This document shows positions 57,601 to 64,000 of a DNA stretch of 64,000 nucleotides, in pieces; position 1 is the stretch's first letter; the number at the start of each line of letters is the position of its first letter. The notes beneath the pieces were generated by a model. It ran no database searches. It was not told the DNA's origin and saw nothing but the letters and a program-made list of their open reading frames with translations. The position numbers and the translations under genes are program-made. The DNA lies in assembly GCA_032718475.1 (NCBI GenBank), contig JAUCBJ010008544.1, forward strand, positions 6,248 through 70,247. The letters are read 5' to 3'. Origin of the DNA: Nemertoderma westbladi (Eukaryota; Animalia; Xenacoelomorpha).

Positions 57601-59502
57601 CAGAACCCACCCCTAGACCAACATGTGTTGTTATTGCCAACAACACTCAGGTTTGATTAGAGCTAATTTACATGTCAACCTACGCGTAGGTTTGTGATAT
57701 TAGGGATAGAGAATGAAACTTATCTTATTAAAATATATTATATATTAAATTGCATTAATGACACCAAATAATAATATTTATGTAAATTCAATTATTATAA
57801 CACACACTAGGTAAGATTTCAAAAAAATATACATATTTTGACATTCGTTTTTATAAGCAGCTTTAAGTTTGCACCCAAAATGTCCCGCACACCAGACACA
57901 ATGACACCAACACCACAATGTGCCATGGTGTCAACTACGGCATTAGATTTACCATGCAGAAACTTAGGCTACATAATGTCGGACAGAATGCAGAATTTCA
58001 ACTAAAGCAACTGCAAAATAAAATGAAAACAACAGTAACTAACAGTTATATACTGAGAATGTGTACCGAAATGGACGGAAACCGGATAAAACAACCAGGT
58101 CTATAACTTCCCTTTATTTACTTCCCTACCTATTATTTTTTCCCTTTTAAAACGCAATTTTATTCTTAAATTGGTACTTTTTTGCTCAATTCTTTAATAC
58201 TCTACATTATTTAAATTACATTAATACTTTACATTATTTCTTTAAGACTCAACATTATTATTATTTTCAAATTACCGTACCGTTCGGTACGTATTATTAA
58301 GATAATTATTTAATGTCTTTCATGGGCGTATCATAAGTTCGCTTGTTCGCCCCTGATTGACTATATGCAATGCAGTAGTAGTATTATGTAGTTATTATTA
58401 TTAGTGTATTAATCTTGTAGTAGGCTATATTATATTAGTTAGTAGTACTGTAGTTAGTTCTTAGTTGTGTGCTATAAATAATATAATTTACAAAATTGTA
58501 TATCATTAAAGCCACCGGGGCATCATTCCGGATTGATTGAATAAAACATAGAGCGACACAGTAGTGTTACAAAATAAATTGAACTGCAGTATTTTACTAT
58601 ATTTCTTCCATAGTTACAGCGATTCCAATTATTGAACTCTTCAACTCCTGATGCTGCCTTACTCAATGCGAAAATAGAGAGCTGCTTAACTACTTAAACC
58701 AATATTGGATATTGAGTTCCGTTTTGGTGTACGCACGCAGACACTAAAGTTGTAATAACTTTTGAGTGCGTGACTGGATTTTGTTAAAATTACGTGCAAA
58801 CCTTTTCTACGTCGATGCTCCTTGAACATATGTAATAAGATTTAAGAAATTCCACCAAAAATATTTTACCTTTTCGCCGGGAAAAAATAAAATCAATGCC
58901 ATCAATCCTATGGGTTACCGGTACTCCGGTACTGTACAGTATTCCATTTTCTCCCGATTTTGGGATATATTCGATCAAAAAAGTAACAACTTAAGAATAT
59001 AATGGTTTACAACTTTTCTAAGAACAATTAAATACCCTGATGTTTGTTATTTATGGATTGCTGTCTATAAATTACTGCTACTGGTATATAAAGACCTGCC
59101 AAATGAAACGAGAAAATTACAAAATTGAATACTTAAATCCCCAAATAGGCTACTTTTGGGTTTGAATAGGGCACCACCACCATGTAACCCTAAACTATAC
59201 CCGCCCACAGGACCAATTGTAAAGTTAAGTTTAGCAATTTTCCTGGTCGAAAGATAAACTGAAAAAAGAACTAGAAAACACAAGTATATAATATAAATTC
59301 AAACAATTACATATGTAAAATTCCGAACCAGCTGAACCTGAGACAAACGATTACAAAACAACTTACTATAAACAAAATTAGCATTAAATGGTAAATAAAA
59401 AAAATTAAGTTTAGGAAGAAATGAAGAGAAAAATAGAAAATACGAAACTATAAAAATATCTCCCTATTATATAAACAAATCAAATGGCAAAAAATAGGCT
59501 GT

Positions 59503-60936
59503 TTAATTAAATTCCTGGGCTAAACCAATTACCTCAAAGTCATCCTCAAGCACTTCCTCAGCGGCTCCTTCTATAATCATCCCGCGAAAAACCTGATTGT
59601 AACAGGGTGAGTCTTTCTTACTGAAGTGTGAATAAGGGTTGGCCTTGGAGAGAATGGCTAAGCAGATCCAACAGAAATGGACACGGCAGCGTAAGCACAC
59701 CATCTTATTGCATGTGTCGGGGGTTTTATCGATGTGGCTACCGCATTGAGGGCAATCCTTACTGTTTACGGCGAGGAAATCTTCGGAAGCTTTCTCTCGG
59801 ACTAGATTCTCTAAGCGGCGTCGACCGTATTGCTTCTCTAGAGCGGCGCGTTGCGTTTCAGTCCCGGAGGAATAAGCATCCCGAACCTCGATAAGTTTGG
59901 AGGCGTTCGCCTTGCAAGGCGCGACACCGTGCGAAGCCTGTCTACAGAAAGAGCAGAACACGTAGGAGCACTTGGGACACCGACCAATCGATCGATCGGA
60001 CTCTAGAAGTACTGCGGTGTCGCAGAGAGGGCAGTAATCCACGTCGCACATCGCCTCTAACGAGGTCCGCAAAAGTAAATCGTCGTATCGTTTGAAAAAC
60101 TCAGGAGTTACGAGACGTTGGACTAACCCTGGGGGAACGCAAGACTCGCAATCGGAACCCGGGCATTGCAGACTGGAGACCCTGCCTTCTGAAATCTCTG
60201 AGGTGAAGTAGCAACTTAGACACGCGTCACAGAAAACGTGTCGGCAAGGAGACAAGAGCTGGCAGTTTTCTCCTTTATTCTCGAGGAAACAAATTCCACA
60301 GAAATGTGTTGACGTTCTAAAACGTTTTCGGCGTACAAAGTTATCGTGTTCACGGATTTCAATAAGTAATAAAGACTTGGAATTGACTGTTTGGATAAGT
60401 TTAAGTTCATTTGAACAAGTATCACTGTTATCATATTTTGTAGGCCTACTAACATCTAATATAGGCGAATTCAAGTTTGATACATCTAAAGTTAAAGGGG
60501 ATTTTATTTCTAAAATACTAAAAGCATCATTCTCGATGAAAGAGAACCAAGTAAATAATATTTCCGACTTTGTGTCGGACCAGAGCCGGTCCATTTCGTT
60601 ATATAAAAGTTTCAATTGTTTTGGACTGAGCCACGAGCAGGACAAAGTATAATGTGGGGCCTCTTTAGACGGATAGTTTAGAGGAAATTCAAAGTTTATT
60701 GTAATTGGAGGTAGAGATATAATATCTAGGGTTGGGTTGCCGTTGTCTTCGAGTTTATTCGTGATTAGATTATCGAGATTTACTGTAAAACCTTCGGGTA
60801 AATAAACTTCGGCGCAGAATTGGCCTCCGTTGAGTCCATTAGTATCGAGTTCGCTGCAGAATTTATCGTCGTCTGTGTAAATACTGGACAGGGCGAATAG
60901 CTCGTCCAATTGTCGCTGATCGTGGAAAACTGACAT
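59503..60936 (-). CDS. RNF14: RBR E3 ubiquitin ligase, RNF14/ARA54-like (RWD-RING1-IBR-RING2), single coding exon
   Basis: Q.DELFALSSIY, LPPI..F..P..YPS..P (RWD); CGICF..C.HVFC..C..CP; CPLC..CPKC..FC..C..H; CPQC..I.K..CNKM.C..C..FCW.C. First ATG at 60936 (the ORF-track start at 60984 is TTG). Confidence 0.88.
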   Translation of the reverse strand: MSVFHDQRQLDELFALSSIYTDDDKFCSELDTNGLNGGQFCAEVYLPEGFTVNLDNLITNKLEDNGNPTLDIISLPPITINFEFPLNYPSKEAPHYTLSCSWLSPKQLKLLYNEMDRLWSDTKSEILFTWFSFIENDAFSILEIKSPLTLDVSNLNSPILDVSRPTKYDNSDTCSNELKLIQTVNSKSLLLIEIREHDNFVRRKRFRTSTHFCGICFLENKGENCQLLSPCRHVFCDACLSCYFTSEISEGRVSSLQCPGSDCESCVPPGLVQRLVTPEFFKRYDDLLLRTSLEAMCDVDYCPLCDTAVLLESDRSIGRCPKCSYVFCSFCRQASHGVAPCKANASKLIEVRDAYSSGTETQRAALEKQYGRRRLENLVREKASEDFLAVNSKDCPQCGSHIDKTPDTCNKMVCLRCRVHFCWICLAILSKANPYSHFSKKDSPCYNQVFRGMIIEGAAEEVLEDDFEVIGLAQEFN

Positions 60937-63900
60937 TGTAAATGGAGAAATGTTAGGCCTAAATATGATAGCTGGATAGGCCAATGTATACCGGTACCAG
61001 GGTACCTAAAGTTTAACCCGTTTCCTACACAATATACTGATATAAGCCAGTACAGCAGTAAGCTTATAAGTGCTGAAGTGTAGCAAATAATTGGCTAGCT
61101 GCACGCACTGCAAATTGCAATGTCAGAATGTTAAAATGTAAAAAGGTAACCGGCAGGTAGCCCAGTGGTCAGTCAGTCAGTCACAGTGCGAGAGTGCTGC
61201 AGTCCTGCAGTGCAGTGTAGATACCTAATCCCTAATCTAATGCTGTAATGCCCATGTGCCATGTACTGCACACGGAGGCCAACTTGCTGACTTGCTAATG
61301 CCCTAACATGTCAGCCTCTGCTGCTCTGCATGTACTGATGTAGGTGGGCGTGTGGGCGAGTGCCGAGTGGACCTACCAAAGGGCCAAGGCAGGGTACAAT
61401 AGCCAAATCTGGCAATGATTGTGATATTGTGTTTGCTACCTATATTTGGCAACCAAGCAAAATCTGGCAACATTTCTGATTGCCTAATTTGGCAACTATA
61501 TAAACCCGCTGTTGCCATATTTGGCAACTTAACTAACTCAATGAATATGGCTTATATGGTTCTGCATCATTAAGTCTTATCAGTCTATGACTCTATGGTC
61601 ATTCCTTAGATCCTGAAATGTTAAGGCAGTAAGGGGTAGGGCCAGCGCCAGGTTATACTTCTGTACTTGTACATTCTTTTACATTGATTTAAATCAGCAG
61701 TTAAATCTCACCTCCGTGTGCAATGTAAAAATAGGTACAATAGTCCTACAGTACCGTAAGTTATTAGTTTATTAATTATTTACTATTTATACTGTAATTA
61801 CGTTTTATAATAAATTGTTCTGTACCATCTTTATCGTTGAGTCGGACATTGTCACGCTCTCGGTAAAGTTGTACATGTACATAGTGTAATTACGTTTTAT
61901 ATTGGTTTTAGGTTAGCGTAGTAATATTGTATTTGTAACCAAGTAACATAAAGGACCCCCTTGGAAATAAGCTGCAAAGCTTTAGGGGTAATCCTATATG
62001 TTATGTTGGACAATACCTTTATACCGGTACATTGTTTGGTGTATTTGTTATTGTTTTTACATAATGTATAAATAAATCTATCTATCTATCTACTTATATT
62101 GGCATATTCTAACCAACTGACCAATACTGCAATATACCCTAATAAACAGATCTGCAGATAAATGAGTGTCAATAACACAAACAAAACCTGACTGGTGATA
62201 GTTTATTTTTGCTAGTAATCTCTGGTGCTGCTTGGGGAGGTGGTTGATTGTTGCTTGTACCAATAATAGTTAAAGATCAGAAGATTGTAACTGTGTAATG
62301 CGGTACATGCTAAAAAGTAGAATGAGCTAGAATGATCTAGAATGGCCTAGAATGAGCTAGAATGACCCAGTAAGCAACCGAGGGTGGACTCTCTATAGCC
62401 GAGGGGCACTTGTATAATAACTAATAATCACGAACCCCATCCTCTTATAATATATAACTCTGTAGTAGTCAGTAGCAGTAGTAATAATAGTAGTAGTAGT
62501 AGTAGTATAAGTAGTAAGTAATAGTAAAGGAGATCGGTTTAAACCAAAGTGATAAAGTAACATTATTATATAACATAATCATATAGACAAAGTAGAATAA
62601 GATACAGATTCATAATTATTTTATCAAACTCATGTACTACTTACTTCAATGTGCCAATTGTAATAATAATTAAACATATTATTCCGATTAATCTGCGTTT
62701 GGCCCTATAAGATATTATACTGAAGTGTTTTATATCAATATATCCATGCGAGTAAACAAGAAGTGAAGTAAATGTTTATTATTATAGTTTTAGAAATTGA
62801 ATGATATACCCAAGATAGTGAAATAGATAATATACAAGAAATTGCCATTTGATCAGATATATCAAAGCGGCGTCTTTAGTATAATACTGTAATAGTATCA
62901 ATTAACTCTGTTATACAATGTAAATATACTAAATCTATTTATAAATATATTATGAGCCCTACATTGTATATTTCTCCTACAGGTAGACAATGTAGTATGT
63001 TAAAACTTGATATAATTTGGTATAATGTATAACATATTACAAATAAGACTGAGGCAGCTAAACTATATTGCAAAGAAATCAAATATCCTAAAGTAATATA
63101 CTAGACCCTCCCTCCACCCTATAAATAGTGTTCACCACCTACCCCACCCACCGCCCTTATTACTTCATTATAATGAAAGATAGTACTGGCGCTCCGGTCA
63201 CTCCGTTCCCTCCGCTGGGGGGGTTAAGTAGTAGGTTCTGACACTATGCAAAATCCGAGCACAGAGTTAGAAGCGCATTGGATAGGCGAACATTTCTTGC
63301 AGTGAAAGTATTTCCATACCTATTATAGTTTTCGAGATAGTCAGACATGAGTAGCAAAAATTTGAATTTTTTTCGGTAAAGTCTGATTTCACCGGTACCT
63401 GTCATCCGAAATATGGATTGTGATATATCGTTGGATGCGGGTCCACTAACTGTACATTCACATATTTTCAAGGAAAAAATTCGATCAAGGGTTTTCGAAA
63501 TATTTTCGAATTACCGGAAGCAGACTTTGGACGACCATATCTCCGGTACCGATAGGCCTATTGAGTCGAAATTTTTTTTAATCTACTTAGAACACTCCAG
63601 TGAATGTTTTTTAGTTTGAAAGTTTTGCCCCAAAATGCTCAGAAGTAATTTCGAAAAAACTGATCATTTCGCGATCATGATCTTTTGACCCCCTAGAATT
63701 GAACTTTTTTATGGTCAAATTTTGGCTACCCCCCCTAATTCGAGGGTGAGGAATCTTTTTGTAATGTTAAGTTTTTTCATACGGTGAACTCACAGGACTT
63801 GGTCTTCGAAATAAAACCGAAAACATGATCTTTCCTGATCATGGCCTGATCAATTCGCTTTTTGAAAATTTCGAAATGCTTAAAAGTTGCCCCTTCTTAA

Positions 63901-64000
63901 TAGAAGTCGATTAGTAAAAAAAAAATCGGGGGTCTCAAACAAAGTTTTCGAGAAAATCGGGAAAAACCGAAAAACACGATCTTTTATGATCAGGTATCAG

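Noticed and set aside
63180-64000. Possible DNA transposon end
   Set aside because: Looks repeat-like (duplicated AAAACCGAAAA..CGATC/TGATC motifs), but no terminus, TSD or ORF can be defined within the window.

Overview
Repeat-rich eukaryotic DNA, probably from an invertebrate animal. The core is a nest of two BEL/Pao LTR retrotransposons. An older, frameshifted minus-strand element (17191-46399, TSD TCGGG) sits in a 33-bp minisatellite. A young, intact 19.5-kb plus-strand element (22206-41723, 2.26-kb LTRs, TSD GAAGG) is inserted in its RT domain and carries a 2921-aa gag-pol plus an extra 919-aa zinc-knuckle ORF. Neither element has a canonical TGG tRNA primer-binding site. In both, the 10 nt right after the 5' LTR are perfectly complementary to a hairpin-embedded segment inside their own LTR, at the same distance (+28..+37) from a TCAGT initiator-like motif, which suggests tRNA-independent self-priming. 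The inner element also carries 10 sense-strand copies of a 20-nt hairpin (GGAAGGCTTGCGAGCCTACC), found in all three reading frames and in UTRs, with compensatory changes. The flanks contain a PIF1-helicase/GIY-YIG fusion ORF, a 5'-truncated RTE-like LINE in a satellite, several tandem arrays, nested non-autonomous DNA transposons, tRNA-derived remnants, an intronless sulfotransferase and an intronless RNF14-like RBR E3 ligase. All calls come from reading the sequence; no database searches were run.
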